Shown here one piece after another: positions 41,991-53,858 of a DNA stretch of 64,000 nucleotides. The position numbers were made by a program, and so were the translations under genes. The first letter of the stretch is position 1. Every line of letters starts with the position of its first letter. The stretch lies in contig CAWBZV010000003.1 of NCBI GenBank assembly GCA_963793305.1, forward strand, positions 480,001 to 544,000, in the 5' to 3' direction. Under the pieces are notes generated by a model. It saw only the letters and a program-made list of their open reading frames with translations. It did not search any database and was not told the origin of the DNA. Source of the stretch: an uncultured Gemmatimonadales bacterium (lineage in GTDB: Bacteria > Gemmatimonadota > Gemmatimonadetes > Gemmatimonadales > Gemmatimonadaceae).

Positions 41991-43252
41991 GCGATCGCTA
42001 TCTGACACTCCGACCGGCGGCCGTTTTGCCACGCCATTACGGCCGCCGGCGTCCGGTCAATCAGCAGTCTCAGGTCGGGTGGCGCGAGCGGCGGCGTCTC
42101 GACAACGGGCGCCTTCGACTCCAGTGACTGGAACGACGCCGTGACATTGTCGTCGAGCTCCGTGATGCGGTAGCGGCGCACCATATACTGTGCCCGCGTG
42201 AGTTCGCGCCGGGCCAACAGCGGCTGATCGAAACGGAGCCACCCCCACGCCGCGAACAGGTGATAGTGCGCCTGCTGGCGAACCGGCAGTCGGACGCGGG
42301 CCAAGGTCCGGCGGTATCCGTCGAACAGTTGCTCGTTGTCATCGAGCGTGGCGATGCGCATGAGGTTCACCGTCGCACCCCAGCGCTGCACCCGCTCCAC
42401 CGAATCTCGCTCGAGTATCACCAGGACATCGCGAGCGATGTCGTGATAGCCGAATTTCAGTATCGCTAACGCGATATCGGCGAGCACGCGGTCCGCCCCG
42501 GCATCGGTGCCGTACTCGCGGAGCGCCTGGAAATAGAGCGAGAGCGCGCGAACGTTGTCGCCGCGATGGAACGCGGTGACGCCGCGATCGTGCGTCGCCC
42601 GCGCGCGCACATCCGGCAACTCCGCGAACGTCGCGTCGGCGATGACGTTGTCCAGGATGCACTCGGCGGCCAAATAGTTGCCCCGGATCCGGTCGATACT
42701 CGCCTCGGAAATCCGCAAGCACAGATCGGATCGGAAGTCACCCCGGGCCGAGGCGAATGAGCGGCCGGCCTGGAATGTCTCCATGGCCCTGTCTTGTCGC
42801 CCGCGCGCCAGTAAGCAGTGACCGAGTCGGTCGTAAGCCTGCGGCACGATCAGCTGCTCAGCGGCCGTGCGCGCGTTGCGAATGATCGTTCGGCACGCAT
42901 CGCTCGCGAGCGCCCATTCGGCAGTGAGCCAGAGCGACTCGCCATATGCGCGGGTGCGGTCGAGCACACGGGAGTCTTCGTTGTCCGTGCGCCCGCCCGC
43001 CTCGCCGTGTAGTGCCTCGCCGAGCGACCGAAGGGTGCCCCGTTCCGGGGCGTCCACGTCCATCATGTTGATCGCGCGCTCCAGGGCGCGCAGCCCGGCG
43101 TCGGGGAGGGGGTCTTCAGTCGCCCATGCGTCGATCAACCGCATCGCGACCAGCCCGGCCAGTGTGCATCGCCACCCTGAGCTCTGCTCGCTCGGTGCAT
43201 CCGCGAGGGCCCGGAAATACGCCATATGCGGAAGACCGGGCCGGTAGCTCAC
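41987..43252 (-). CDS. TPR-like helical repeat protein
   Basis: Repeating A/G/L helical motifs (LGHCLLARG, HDRGVTAFHRGD..AL..YFQAL). Confidence 0.65.
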   Translation of the reverse strand: MSYRPGLPHMAYFRALADAPSEQSSGWRCTLAGLVAMRLIDAWATEDPLPDAGLRALERAINMMDVDAPERGTLRSLGEALHGEAGGRTDNEDSRVLDRTRAYGESLWLTAEWALASDACRTIIRNARTAAEQLIVPQAYDRLGHCLLARGRQDRAMETFQAGRSFASARGDFRSDLCLRISEASIDRIRGNYLAAECILDNVIADATFAELPDVRARATHDRGVTAFHRGDNVRALSLYFQALREYGTDAGADRVLADIALAILKFGYHDIARDVLVILERDSVERVQRWGATVNLMRIATLDDNEQLFDGYRRTLARVRLPVRQQAHYHLFAAWGWLRFDQPLLARRELTRAQYMVRRYRITELDDNVTASFQSLESKAPVVETPPLAPPDLRLLIDRTPAAVMAWQNGRRSECQIAIA

Positions 43253-43434
43253 GCGCGCCCCGCGGCGTTAGCGGCACTGGGACAGTATTGGGACCGTTTC
43301 ACAGCCTTGTGAGTGGAAAACACGCGCCCATTTTAGGGTGGCGCTGTCTCTGCTGCAAGACGTGACAAACTGAACAGTGCGGTCCGCCCCTTCCTTGCCG
43401 AAATACGTCGGTTTGCTCACCTTACTGAATTGTG

Positions 43435-44169
43435 ATGTCGGTTGCGACCAGTTCGGCCTGCGTCCTGATCGTCGATGACGATGATGCAGTGCGCTCAATG
43501 CTCGCTGCGTGCCTGCGCGCAGCCGGGTTCGATGTTGTCGCGGCCGCCGACGGTGAGGCGGGCGTGGCCGAGGCCATCCGCGCGAGACCCGACGTCATGC
43601 TCGTCGATCTCGTGCTGCCCAACAAGCACGGCCTGGATGTCATCGCCGAACTGCGCGCGCGCGGCGTCCGCGAGCACATCATCGCGATCTCCGGCATCGA
43701 GCCCGATCGATACGCCGTGGCCGCCATCGAGTCCGGCGCCGATGCGTGGCTCACCAAGCCGATGGACATTCACGTCCTCGAGGCCCACGTCCGCAGTGGC
43801 CTGCGCCGCGCGCGTGAGTACGCATCGACGACGCCAGTCACGACCGGCGATCTGACCTACGACCCGGTCACCGGTGCGGCACTGCGCGGTGCTCGCCGGT
43901 TCAGCCTATCGCTGATCGAGCGCACGATCACCGCACTCGGCATCCGCCATTCCGGCCGCGTGCTCAGCGTCGATGAGCTCTGGCGCGCCGCGTGGCCGCA
44001 ACGCGCGGACGATGCGCCGCTCCGCGCGCGCGAGATTCACTCCGTCGAAGTCGCGATGTCGCGCCTCGCCGCGAAACTCAACGGACCCCACGAACCACCC
44101 TTCGTCGTCACCGTCGCCGACGCTCGGCGCCGACGACTCGGGTACGTCTTTCAGACGCCTACGCCTTGA
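43435..44169 (+). CDS. OmpR-like response regulator
   Basis: LIVDDD, PDVMLVDLVLP, GADAWLTKP; winged-helix C-terminus. Confidence 0.85.
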   Translation: MSVATSSACVLIVDDDDAVRSMLAACLRAAGFDVVAAADGEAGVAEAIRARPDVMLVDLVLPNKHGLDVIAELRARGVREHIIAISGIEPDRYAVAAIESGADAWLTKPMDIHVLEAHVRSGLRRAREYASTTPVTTGDLTYDPVTGAALRGARRFSLSLIERTITALGIRHSGRVLSVDELWRAAWPQRADDAPLRAREIHSVEVAMSRLAAKLNGPHEPPFVVTVADARRRRLGYVFQTPTP

Positions 44170-44277
44170 CTGACACGCTGTCATAGCGGCAGTTTGGCAC
44201 CTCGGCCTCGATATTCGGGACTTGCCCGGCCCCCTCGCGATCAGCGAGTTCGCGATTCGTGCCGACGACCGTACCTC

Positions 44278-45875
44278 ATGCTGCGACTCATCACGCTCGG
44301 TGGCCTCGCGCTCTATCGCGACGGAACCGCCCTCGCCGGTAGCGCGACGCAACGGCTGCGTCTCGCGCTGCTGGCGCGAGTCGCGAGCGCTGGGCCACGT
44401 GGCGTGCGGCGAGACGCGCTGATCTCGCTCCTGTGGCCCGACAGCAACCCGGAACGTGGCCGACATTCGCTGGAGCAGGCAATGCACGCGGCACGTCGGT
44501 CGCTGTCGGTCGATGCGTTGTTCACGGGCACCGCGGTCGTCTGCATCAACCCTGACGTTGCCACCTCAGACGTTGCCGACTTCGACGCGGCGGTCGCCCG
44601 TGGGGCAGCCGACCGCGCCGTCGAACTGTACGCCGGCGCGTTCCTCGATGGCTTTCATCTGCCGAACGCCCCGGAGTTCGAGCAATGGGTCGCCGGCGAG
44701 GCCGCGCGCTGTGCCCGGCAATACGCGGCGGCCGTCGAGACGTTGGCGCGCACGGCCGCCGATCGAGCGGATCACGTGACGGCCGTGCACTGGTGGCGGC
44801 GCTTGAGCGTCGCCGATCCGCTGAGTGCGCGGGTGGCGGTGGCCGTGATCGAGGCCCTCGTTGCCAGTGGCGATCGGAGCGGAGCGCTGCAACACGCGTC
44901 GGTGCACACGTCGCTCGTGCGCGCCGAGCTGGACTCGCCAGCCGATCCCGAGATCATCGGCTGGATCGCTCGACTCAAGTCGGGCGCTTCGCCTGCCGGG
45001 TCGCGCGCCGCGCCGTTGTCCGTGACCACATTGGGTCAAAAGACTGGGTCGGATGCGGAGCAGCGCTTGCGATCGCGACTCGAAGCCTCGCTCGCCGAAC
45101 GATACACGCTCGCGACGCGCGCTGATGCATCCAAGACCGTGATCACCTTCGCGGCCGTCGACCGCCACACGAGCGGCCCCGTGCACGTCCACGTCGTGCG
45201 TCCGTGGATCTCGGCCATGGTCGACGTCCAGCACGCGGCGCGCATCCTGGCGTCGGTCGGCGCGGTCGACGACCCGTGCGTGGTGCCGGTCTTGAGTGTC
45301 GGCATCGCCGACGAGGATCTCATCTATTTTGTCGGCCCGCCGCGGTCCGATCCTTCGCTCCGCGACCGCCTCGCGCGCGAGGGAGCGCTACCGGTCTCCG
45401 ATGCGATCCGGATCGCGGTCGACGTGTGTTCGGCCCTCGCGTGCGCCACGGCGACCTTCGACCGCGACATATTGGGTTGGGCGCCCGGCGCGCAGCGGTC
45501 GGCGCGTTCGGTCTCGTCGACGCACTCCGCTGGACACCCGAATCCAGTCCGGTCACGACCGCGGTCACCCTGGGCGCGCCGGCCTACTTGAGCCCCGACG
45601 TGCTCGCCGGCCAATCCGAGGCAGACGCGCGCAGCGGCGTGTATGCTGTTGGGTGCATCGTGTTCGAGATGCTGACCGGCGCGCCGCCGTTCGCGGCCGG
45701 CGGGACCCAAGCGTTGGTCGCTCGCAAGCTGACCGGAGCCGCGCCGCACGTGCGGGACGTCCGCCCGAGCGTTCCGGACGCGGTCGACCGTCTTCTTCTG
45801 ACGTGTCTGGCGCCGCTGGCGGCCGATCGCTACCAAACGGCCGCCGAGCTGCGCGCGGCCGTAACTGCCCTTTAG
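44278..45875 (+). CDS. SARP/BTAD transcriptional activator fused to a degenerate Ser/Thr kinase domain (frameshift at about 45445)
   Basis: LITLGGL, LLWPDS, LYAGAFLDGF, DPLS; then HGDLRPRHI, GAFG, GAPAYLSPD. Confidence 0.7.
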
Positions 45876-48431
45876 TCTAGCGGCCGCGTCCACGCGCGAA
45901 ATGCTGCCTGCGCGCGCAGCGACTCGAAATCCATGTCGGCGTGAAAATCCGGATCCATCGCCTGACCCTGCGCCGCCGCCTCGGTCAGCAACGGCATGGC
46001 GCCCTCGGCGTCGCCCAGCACCGCCGCGATCTTGGCGCGCCAGAACGTCGCTCCCGTACCCGTACGGCTGACGCGCGCGCGCCAGCAACGCGGAGACCTG
46101 CTCAGACTGAGCGCGGTTGCCCTCGCGCGCGGCGATCGCGCCACGATATCCGAGATACTCGACGTTATTGGGATGTGCCGCGGCCAGGAGCGCGAACAAC
46201 GAATCGGCCGCCGCCCACTGGCCGGCCACATACAGGATGCGCGCGCGTCCAGCCTGCGCCCACTCGTGCTCGGCCTCCGACTCGGGTAACTCACGATACC
46301 ATTGGATCGCCCGTTGGACGACTGCGCGTGATGCGCTGCTGTATCCGTGCGCGCGAAGCTCGCTGGCGGCCGTGTACCACGCGAGGTCGGGCGTCGTCTT
46401 CACGTCTCCCGGCATGGCCATGGCGGCGTCGAGCGTGCGCTGCACGTCGTCGAGCCGTCCGACCGCCGCCAATGCCCGGATGCGCACCACCTCGCTCCGG
46501 AGACCGGGTGCGAAGCGTCGCGCGTTGTCAGCGATGGCGAGCTCGCGGGCGTGATCGCCGAGCCGGTGATACGCGTCGGCCTGGTTCCACCAGAAATCGA
46601 ACACGCCGCTCAGCTCGTTCCGCTCCGGCCGAATATCCTCCAGTGCGGCGATCGCATCACGCGGGCGATTAATCGCCAGCGCATCCTGCGCCAGCTTCAT
46701 GCGCGTGAGCTCCGACGATGGATCGGCCGCCGCAGTTGCACGGATCGCGCGATAGCGGCTGCCCAAGTCGCCGTGGATCGCGGCGAGCAGCTCATCCGTC
46801 CAGGCGCGCTCGTACGGCGTGATCTCTCCGCGATAGCGCCCGACCGCTTGGGCCAGGGAGTCGGCCGCGGCAGGGCGCCGCAATGCGTACGAGCCGTACG
46901 CTTCCATGAACACCGGAGTGATGAACCCGGAGTCGGCCACCGCCGCCGCGTGCCAGTGCGGTATCGCCCCGACGAAGTCGGCATGTGCCCACCGCTCGTT
47001 CCCCGCCATGAACTCGCGATACGCGGTGAACGTCGGCGGCTGCTCGCTGGCGGTCGGATCGATCACGTGGAGACGTGGATCGACCGAGCGCGCGAGTGCG
47101 CCGGCGATGCGATCCGCCAGCTCTCGGATGCCGCTCAACGGATCGGCGGTCGGTGACGCGACCAGTTCCACGCGCTGCAGCACACGACCTGACCTGGCAT
47201 TGGTGACCGCGGTCCTGAACCACAGCGAGTCGCGTTGCCGGTAGTACGCGCCAGACACGACAATCGTCGCTCCCGTCGCCTCGGCCCATGCCCGCTCGAT
47301 GTTCCCGTCGCGCGCCTGGCGCGGAAGGACGGCCGTCCGCGTATCGACAACGTCGACGATCCGCGTTTGCGCGATGCCATTCGTCGCCCAATCCGCGGCC
47401 ATCGCGCCAACGAGCTCTAACGCCGAGTCGCCAGTTGCATTGACGAACGGGACGACGATGGCGCGAGGAGGAAGTGAGGTGCGACGCTGGGCGATGGCGA
47501 CGATGACAACCGCCGCGACGAACGCCAGTGTCGCGGCCATCGCGCTGCGGCGCCACGTCCAACGCGACCGTGACACGACGGGCGATGCGGGAGTGGCACT
47601 CAATACCCGCAGCAACTCGTCCGCCGACTGGGGCCGATCCGCGGGGCTCTTCTCCAGACACTGCATCACGAGGCTGGCAAGCGCGGGCGGGACACTCGCT
47701 CGGCGCCGCTCGACCGGAACCGGCTGCTCGAGCGCGTGCGCTGCGAGCAACTCCCGCGCGGGACGTCCAGCGAACGGCGGTGCGCCGGTCAGAAGCTCGT
47801 ACGCGACGACTCCGACTGCGTATAGGTCCGCCCGATGGTCGGTCGCGGCATCGCCCGCGGCCAACTCGGGCGCCATGTACGCGGCAGTGCCGAAGACCGT
47901 GCCGGCCGTTGCCGCACCGGTCGCATCTTCCGTCGCGATGTGAGAGCCGGCGAGTGCCTTGCCGATGCCGAAATCGACGACGAGCGCGCCTCCGTCGGCG
48001 AGCAGCACGTTCCCGGGCTTGATGTCGCGATGAACGACACCTGACCGGTGGGCGTACGCGAGCGCCTCGGCAATGTCCCGCAGTACCGACACCGCATCGG
48101 CGATCGGGAGCTCGCCGCTCGTGAGGCGTTCGCGCAGCGACTGGCCGGGCACAAACGGCATCGTGTAGTAGAGCAACCCGTCCGACTCGCCGGCGGTCAG
48201 GACCGGAACGATGTGCGGATGCTGCAGCTGCGCCGCGATCTGTATCTCGCGACGAAAGCGATCCGCATCGAGATCGATCGCCAGCTCCGGCGGGAGCAGT
48301 TTGACGACGACCCGCCGCCCGAGCGCCAGGTCGTCGGCCAGAAAGAGGCGGCTCATGCCGCCGCCCATCAGCTCCGGTCCGACGGTGTAGGCAGCGCCGA
48401 GCATGGCCTGTACCCTGTCCCGCAGGTCCAT
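45872..48431 (-). CDS. Ser/Thr protein kinase with TM segment and TPR C-terminus (frameshift at about 46070)
   Basis: GGGMSRLF, VVVK, HRDIKPGN, DFG, YMAPE. Confidence 0.9.
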
Positions 48432-48610
48432 ATCGCTTCGAGGCTTGCCAGCGCGCACGCGACCTCCGATGGGCCAACTCCAAGCATACGGCACGCGGTC
48501 ACTTGAGCAAGACATGAGCGGTGGCTGGGCGGCGTCGAGAACATTCTGGGATCGTGTTCGCTTGGCTTGAGGAACCCCTCAGCCTGGCGCTACGTTACAC
48601 ACTGGCTTCC

Positions 48611-48687
<77 letters not shown>

Positions 48688-48976
48688 TGGTACATAACGA
48701 CTTACGTCGCCTTTGGGTTTTGCACCGTGCGGGGCGATGGCGGGTGATTTGGCGGGTCGCTGGAGCCTAACGCGCGCAGCCGCTGACTTTTGCGACTGGC
48801 GCAGCCCACGACCGTTCGTCGTCAACGCACGCCCAACTAGCTGCGCGACCTCGCCCTTCGCGCGAGGCATCTCGTATCGCCGTGTCATCGCGAGAATACG
48901 AAGGAAGAGCGCGTCGTCGGCGTTAAGCAGTTGGCGCCAGGCTCACGAAGTAGAGCTCAACGGAATGTCTAAGGAC

Positions 48977-50461
48977 TCAAGCCCGACGACTAGGCCGACT
49001 GCTGCGGCGGCGAGGCGGACGAGGGCCGTAAAGGTCGTCCAACGTCCAGGTTACTACGGGATGGCCGCTTGCCTGCATGACCGCGGCAACGTCAAGCGCA
49101 AACCCGGCACCAGTGACGTAGATCAACGGTGCGTTGGACTCTAGCGCCGCGTGAGCCCAAGCGCGGCCGGACTCCGCTAGGGCCTCGAGGTCCCGCAGGT
49201 GCCGGATGTGGACGCTGCCGTCGAGGACTCCCCATTTGACCGCGCCGGTCATCATGCGTCCGTCGCTGAGCCGCGCAACTATATCTATCTCGCGCGGCGT
49301 GCCGGCTCGGTCGGTGCCCTCCCACCGACCCCACTGCTCGAGCATCGGCAAGTCTCGGGATTCGCGAAGCCGATGGTACGCTTGCTCAGCCATGCGCTCG
49401 AAGACGAGGCCCATGTATTGATCGATCTGGCGCTCGACATATGCGCGCCAGACTGCCTGCGGCTCGCTCGTGGCTAGCTCCGAGCGATACCGCGACACAA
49501 CGGCAGCCTGAAACCGGAGCGCCGGGTCCGCCAGCCCGTAGCGATAGGGCGCGTTGCGTGGTGCGTCGAGGTTGCGATGGGTCGTGAGGTAACTGAGATC
49601 GACAAGCGTGTCGAGGACGGAGCGCAGGGCGGTGCCGGTCTCGAGTCCCGCGAACTGTGCGATATCGTTCGCCAGCGTGCGCCCACGGCCTACAGCGCGA
49701 AGCACCGCGTTGTAGGCTTCGGCATTGCGCAGTCCGCGCTCCTGATCGATGACTGATTCGACTTGCAGCCGCACCTGTCCGTTCGGAGCGAGGACATCGG
49801 CGGCGACGTTATCAGCGAACGAGCGATCGCCGCGCAGTGATGCCAGGTAACGCGGCGTGCCTCCATACAGCCCATAGGCGATGGCCTTGGTTCGCGCGTC
49901 GGCGAACGGTACCATCTCGGCCGCGTCCCAGTAATCGAACGGATCCAGACGGAGCGTGGTGGACAGCCGGCCATAGAGCGGTGCCCCTCCGGCGGCGAGC
50001 TGCTCCATGGTCCGCACGACGGACCCGCTCAGCGCGAGTACGAATGGCCTCCGGTCGCGGGTGACATCGAGCACGGCGGCGAGCTGGGAAGGGAGCGACG
50101 GGTCACCGTCTACGAGGTATTGGAACTCATCGAGCACGACGGCGAGCGGGCCGACTTTTGGGGTGGGCAGATCGACAAGTAGACGAAAGACCGTGCGCCA
50201 GGTGGGGAAGTCTGCAGGGTCGAGCTCGAGGTTGAAGTGACGCGCCACCGCGTCGAGAAGCTCGACTCGATTCACAGCCGCAGTCGTGTCGGCCGCGACG
50301 AAATAAAAGGTCTGACTGTCTGGCCACGTATGGCTCAGGAGAAACGTTTTGCCGACGCGGCGACGACCGTAGACGAGTGCCAGTGATGGGCCCGGGCGAG
50401 TGAGCAGCTCGCGCAGGGCGTCGCGCGGGGCATCGCGGTCAACGAAAGCAGTAGGCGGCAT
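48977..50461 (-). CDS. AAA-family (archaeal-type) ATPase with wHTH and DUF234-like C-terminal domain
   Basis: FVDR, YGRRRVGKT, VLDEFQYL, PLYGR, GGTPRYL, REIDIVA..KW. Confidence 0.85.
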   Translation of the reverse strand: MPPTAFVDRDAPRDALRELLTRPGPSLALVYGRRRVGKTFLLSHTWPDSQTFYFVAADTTAAVNRVELLDAVARHFNLELDPADFPTWRTVFRLLVDLPTPKVGPLAVVLDEFQYLVDGDPSLPSQLAAVLDVTRDRRPFVLALSGSVVRTMEQLAAGGAPLYGRLSTTLRLDPFDYWDAAEMVPFADARTKAIAYGLYGGTPRYLASLRGDRSFADNVAADVLAPNGQVRLQVESVIDQERGLRNAEAYNAVLRAVGRGRTLANDIAQFAGLETGTALRSVLDTLVDLSYLTTHRNLDAPRNAPYRYGLADPALRFQAAVVSRYRSELATSEPQAVWRAYVERQIDQYMGLVFERMAEQAYHRLRESRDLPMLEQWGRWEGTDRAGTPREIDIVARLSDGRMMTGAVKWGVLDGSVHIRHLRDLEALAESGRAWAHAALESNAPLIYVTGAGFALDVAAVMQASGHPVVTWTLDDLYGPRPPRRRSSRPSRRA

Positions 50462-50495
50462 GATGTGGTAACACGCTATTATAGTAGAACGCTAA

Positions 50496-50515
50496 TATGA
50501 TAGCGTACTATCATA
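50496..50515. promoter_or_regulatory. Palindromic operator candidate TATGATAG-N4-CTATCATA
   Basis: Perfect 8-bp inverted repeat in an AT-rich patch upstream of the ATPase. Confidence 0.5.
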
Positions 50516-50589
50516 CATTCATGCTACCCACGGCGGCAACCGGGGTGCCCAATAGAGTTAGTTATGCACCCCACCCCACCCGGGGTGGG

Positions 50590-50617
50590 TTGACACCGGG
50601 TGCTTGTGCGTTATTAT
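50590..50617 (+). promoter_or_regulatory. Sigma70 promoter candidate for the hut operon
   Basis: TTGACA-N16-TATTAT about 40 nt upstream of the hutH GTG. Confidence 0.6.
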
Positions 50618-50657
50618 CGCCAGGAGATCTTCTGGCCACTTCTTTCCAAGCGTCCCA

Positions 50658-52196
50658 GTGCTCCAAATTGACGGCAACTCGCTCACTGTGGATCAGGTCG
50701 CTTCGGTTGCCGAAGCGGGCAGTGCCGAAATTAGGCTGACGCCGGAGGCAGAGGCCCGGGTGAGGCGGTCGCGTGACTTCATTGAAGAGCTGCTCAGAGG
50801 TAATGAGCGCATCTATGGAGTCACGACTGGCTTCGGCCGCCTGGCTGAGGTGTTCATTCCGCCGGCACGTCGGCGCGAGCTGCAGCTCAACCTTGTGCGG
50901 AGTCACTCGAGTGGCTTCGGCGCACCGATGCCCCGGGAAGTGGTGCGGGTCATCATGCTGCTGCGCGCCAACGCGCTTGCCCGCGGCAACTCTGGGTGCC
51001 GTCTCGAGGTGATCGAACGGCTGCTCGACTTCCTGGAGCTCGGGATTCACCCGGTCGTTCCGGAAGTGGGCTCCGTTGGAGCGAGCGGCGACCTCGCTCC
51101 GCTCGCGCACATCGCCCAGGCGCTGATCGGTGAAGGTGACGTCGAAATCGACGGCGTGGTGCGGCCGACAGCGACCGTGCTCGCGTCACATGATCTCGTT
51201 CCCCTGCAGCTGGTCGAGAAGGAAGGGCTCGCGCTGATCAACGGGACGCAGGGGACGACCGCGCTTGCGCTGTTGAGTCTTCTGAGCGCGGAGCGGACGC
51301 TGGAAGCGCTGGAAGTGGCGGGAGCGATGAGTCTCGAAGGATTGCGCGGCACGCCGGATCCCTTCCGGCCCGAGATCCACGCCGCCCGACCGCATGCCGG
51401 ACAAGCTGCGAGCGCCGCGCGTCTCTGGGAGCTCCTCGACGACTCCGAGATTCGCGAGTCGCATCGCTACGGCGATCCGCGCGTGCACGACGCGTACTCC
51501 CTGCGGTGCATGCCTCAGGTGCACGGCGCTTCGCGCGAAGTGCTGCGCTACGTGCGCGGAGTCATCGAGACGGAAATCAATAGCTCAACCGACAATCCGT
51601 TGATCTTCCCGGAGCAGGGGATGGTCGTCAGCGCGGGCAACTTTCACGCGCAGATCGTTTCGCAAGCGCTCGACTTTCTCGCGATCGCGGTCGCCGATTT
51701 GGCCAGCATCAGCGAGCGACGGGTCGAGCGGCTCCTCAATCCCGACCTTTCGGAGCTGCCCGCTTTCTTGGCTCGGGACGCCGGTGTGCAGTCTGGGTTT
51801 ATGATCGCCCAGGTCGCGATCGCGGATGCACTCTCCGAGCTCCGCGTGCTTGCGCACCCGGCGAGCGTCGACTCGGTGCCGACGAGCGGAAACAAGGAAG
51901 ACCACGTGTCGATGGGATTCGCGGCGGGGCGCAAAGCCAGGCGCGCGGTCCAGCTGCTGGAGTACGTGGTCGCGGTCGAACTCATGTGCGCGGCACAAGC
52001 GCTGGAGTTTCGGAAGCCGCTCAAGCCGGGGCGCGGCGTGCGCGAGGCCTACGCCATTGTCCGAGAGCAAGTGCGTCCGCTCGATGGCGACCGTGCTCTG
52101 TCGCGTGACATTGAGCTGTTCCGTGACGCTATTCGCTCCGGCCGGTTTACGTCGGTCGGCCGGGCACGAGTGGCCACGGCTGGAGCGCCGGCGTGA
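50658..52196 (+). CDS. hutH: Histidine ammonia-lyase
   Basis: [17 protein letters not shown] (MIO motif), [16 protein letters not shown]. Confidence 0.97.
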   Translation: MLQIDGNSLTVDQVASVAEAGSAEIRLTPEAEARVRRSRDFIEELLRGNERIYGVTTGFGRLAEVFIPPARRRELQLNLVRSHSSGFGAPMPREVVRVIMLLRANALARGNSGCRLEVIERLLDFLELGIHPVVPEVGSVGASGDLAPLAHIAQALIGEGDVEIDGVVRPTATVLASHDLVPLQLVEKEGLALINGTQGTTALALLSLLSAERTLEALEVAGAMSLEGLRGTPDPFRPEIHAARPHAGQAASAARLWELLDDSEIRESHRYGDPRVHDAYSLRCMPQVHGASREVLRYVRGVIETEINSSTDNPLIFPEQGMVVSAGNFHAQIVSQALDFLAIAVADLASISERRVERLLNPDLSELPAFLARDAGVQSGFMIAQVAIADALSELRVLAHPASVDSVPTSGNKEDHVSMGFAAGRKARRAVQLLEYVVAVELMCAAQALEFRKPLKPGRGVREAYAIVREQVRPLDGDRALSRDIELFRDAIRSGRFTSVGRARVATAGAPA

Positions 52197-53848
52197 GCCA
52201 CCACGACATCAGGGCGCCGCGCGGGCGAACGCTCTCGTGCAAGGGGTGGCAGCAGGAAGCCGCGTTGCGCATGCTGATGAACAACCTGGATCCGGAGGTC
52301 GCCGAGCGACCTGAAGATCTTGTGGTGTATGGCGGCACCGGTAAGGCGGCGCGGAATTGGGACTGCTTCGCGGCCATTGTCAATGCACTGCGCGCCCTCG
52401 AAGACGATGAGACGCTGCTCGTCCAGAGCGGAAAGCCGGTCGCGGTCTTTCGTACGCACGCGAGCGCGCCGCGTGTCTTGATCGCCAACAGCAACCTGGT
52501 CGGCCGGTGGGCGACTTGGGATGTCTTCCGCGATCTCGAGCGCCAGGGGCTCACGATGTACGGTCAGATGACGGCCGGGTCGTGGATCTACATCGGATCC
52601 CAGGGCATCTTGCAAGGGACGTACGAGACGTTCGGCGCCGTGGCGCGAGCGCACTTCGGCGGCACATTGGCCGGACGGTTGGTCCTCACCGCGGGACTCG
52701 GCGGCATGGGCGGCGCACAACCGCTGGCTGCTACCATGAATGGCGCTGCGTTCCTCGGTATCGATGTCGATCGTGCGCGAATCGAAAAGCGCGTCGCGAC
52801 GGGATACTGCGATCGGCTGTGTTCCGATCTCGATGAGGCGCTCGCCTTGGTGATGGCCGCTCGCGCGGAGAGGCGCGCCCTGTCCGTGGGCTTGGTCGGG
52901 AATGCCGCTACCATCTTGCCCGAACTCGTGCGGCGTGGCGTCACACCCGATGTGCTCACTGACCAGACGAGCGCCCACGACACGTTGAACGGATACGTCC
53001 CGGCCGGACTGTCGCTCGAACAGGCAGCTGCCCTGCGCACGAGCGATCCGTCGCAATACGTGCAGCGGAGTGTCGCCGCCATCGCCGACCACGTGCGGGC
53101 AATGCTCGACATGCAGCGGCGTGGGGCGGTGACCTTTGATTACGGCAACAACCTGCGCACAGTTGCGTTCGACGCGGGTGTCGCGGACGCGTTCAATTTC
53201 CCGGGATTCGTGCCGGCGTATGTGCGGCCGCTCTTCTGTGAGGGCAAGGGGCCGTTTCGCTGGGTCGCGCTCTCTGGCGATGAGCGCGATATCCACCGCA
53301 CCGACGACCTTGTGCTGGAGCTCTTCCCCGACGATGCGCATCTACACCGGTGGATCGCGATGGCACGCGACAAGGTCCACTTTCAGGGACTTCCGGCCCG
53401 GATTTGTTGGCTCGGCCAGGGCGAACGCGCACGGTTCGGCGTCGCGCTCAATGACCTGGTTGCATCGGGGGAGTTGTCGGCCCCGATCGTGATCGGGCGC
53501 GATCACCTCGATACGGGGAGCGTGGCGTCGCCTTTCCGCGAGACGGAGGCGATGAAGGACGGCAGCGATGCAATCGCCGACTGGGCGATTCTCAACGCCT
53601 TACTCAATGTCGCGAGCGGCGCGTCGTGGGTGTCGTTCCATCACGGCGGGGGCGTGGGCATCGGCAACTCGCTGCACGCCGGCCAGGTGATCGTCGCCGA
53701 CGGTACGCCCGAGATGCGGCTGCGCCTCGAGCGCGTGCTGACCAACGATCCTGGTATCGGTGTCGCGCGACACGCCGATGCGGGGTACGAGACGGCGCAG
53801 CAGGCTGCCGCGACGCACGGCATCTGCCTGCCGATGCGCGCGAGCTGA
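52193..53848 (+). CDS. hutU: Urocanate hydratase
   Basis: [40 protein letters not shown]. Confidence 0.98.
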   Translation: MSHHDIRAPRGRTLSCKGWQQEAALRMLMNNLDPEVAERPEDLVVYGGTGKAARNWDCFAAIVNALRALEDDETLLVQSGKPVAVFRTHASAPRVLIANSNLVGRWATWDVFRDLERQGLTMYGQMTAGSWIYIGSQGILQGTYETFGAVARAHFGGTLAGRLVLTAGLGGMGGAQPLAATMNGAAFLGIDVDRARIEKRVATGYCDRLCSDLDEALALVMAARAERRALSVGLVGNAATILPELVRRGVTPDVLTDQTSAHDTLNGYVPAGLSLEQAAALRTSDPSQYVQRSVAAIADHVRAMLDMQRRGAVTFDYGNNLRTVAFDAGVADAFNFPGFVPAYVRPLFCEGKGPFRWVALSGDERDIHRTDDLVLELFPDDAHLHRWIAMARDKVHFQGLPARICWLGQGERARFGVALNDLVASGELSAPIVIGRDHLDTGSVASPFRETEAMKDGSDAIADWAILNALLNVASGASWVSFHHGGGVGIGNSLHAGQVIVADGTPEMRLRLERVLTNDPGIGVARHADAGYETAQQAAATHGICLPMRAS

Positions 53849-53858
53849 CGGCTCGCCC

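Noticed and set aside
45324..48515. 1063-aa kinase overlapping the convergent gene by about 550 bp
   Set aside because: Read-through after a frameshift near 46070; the true stop is at 45872.
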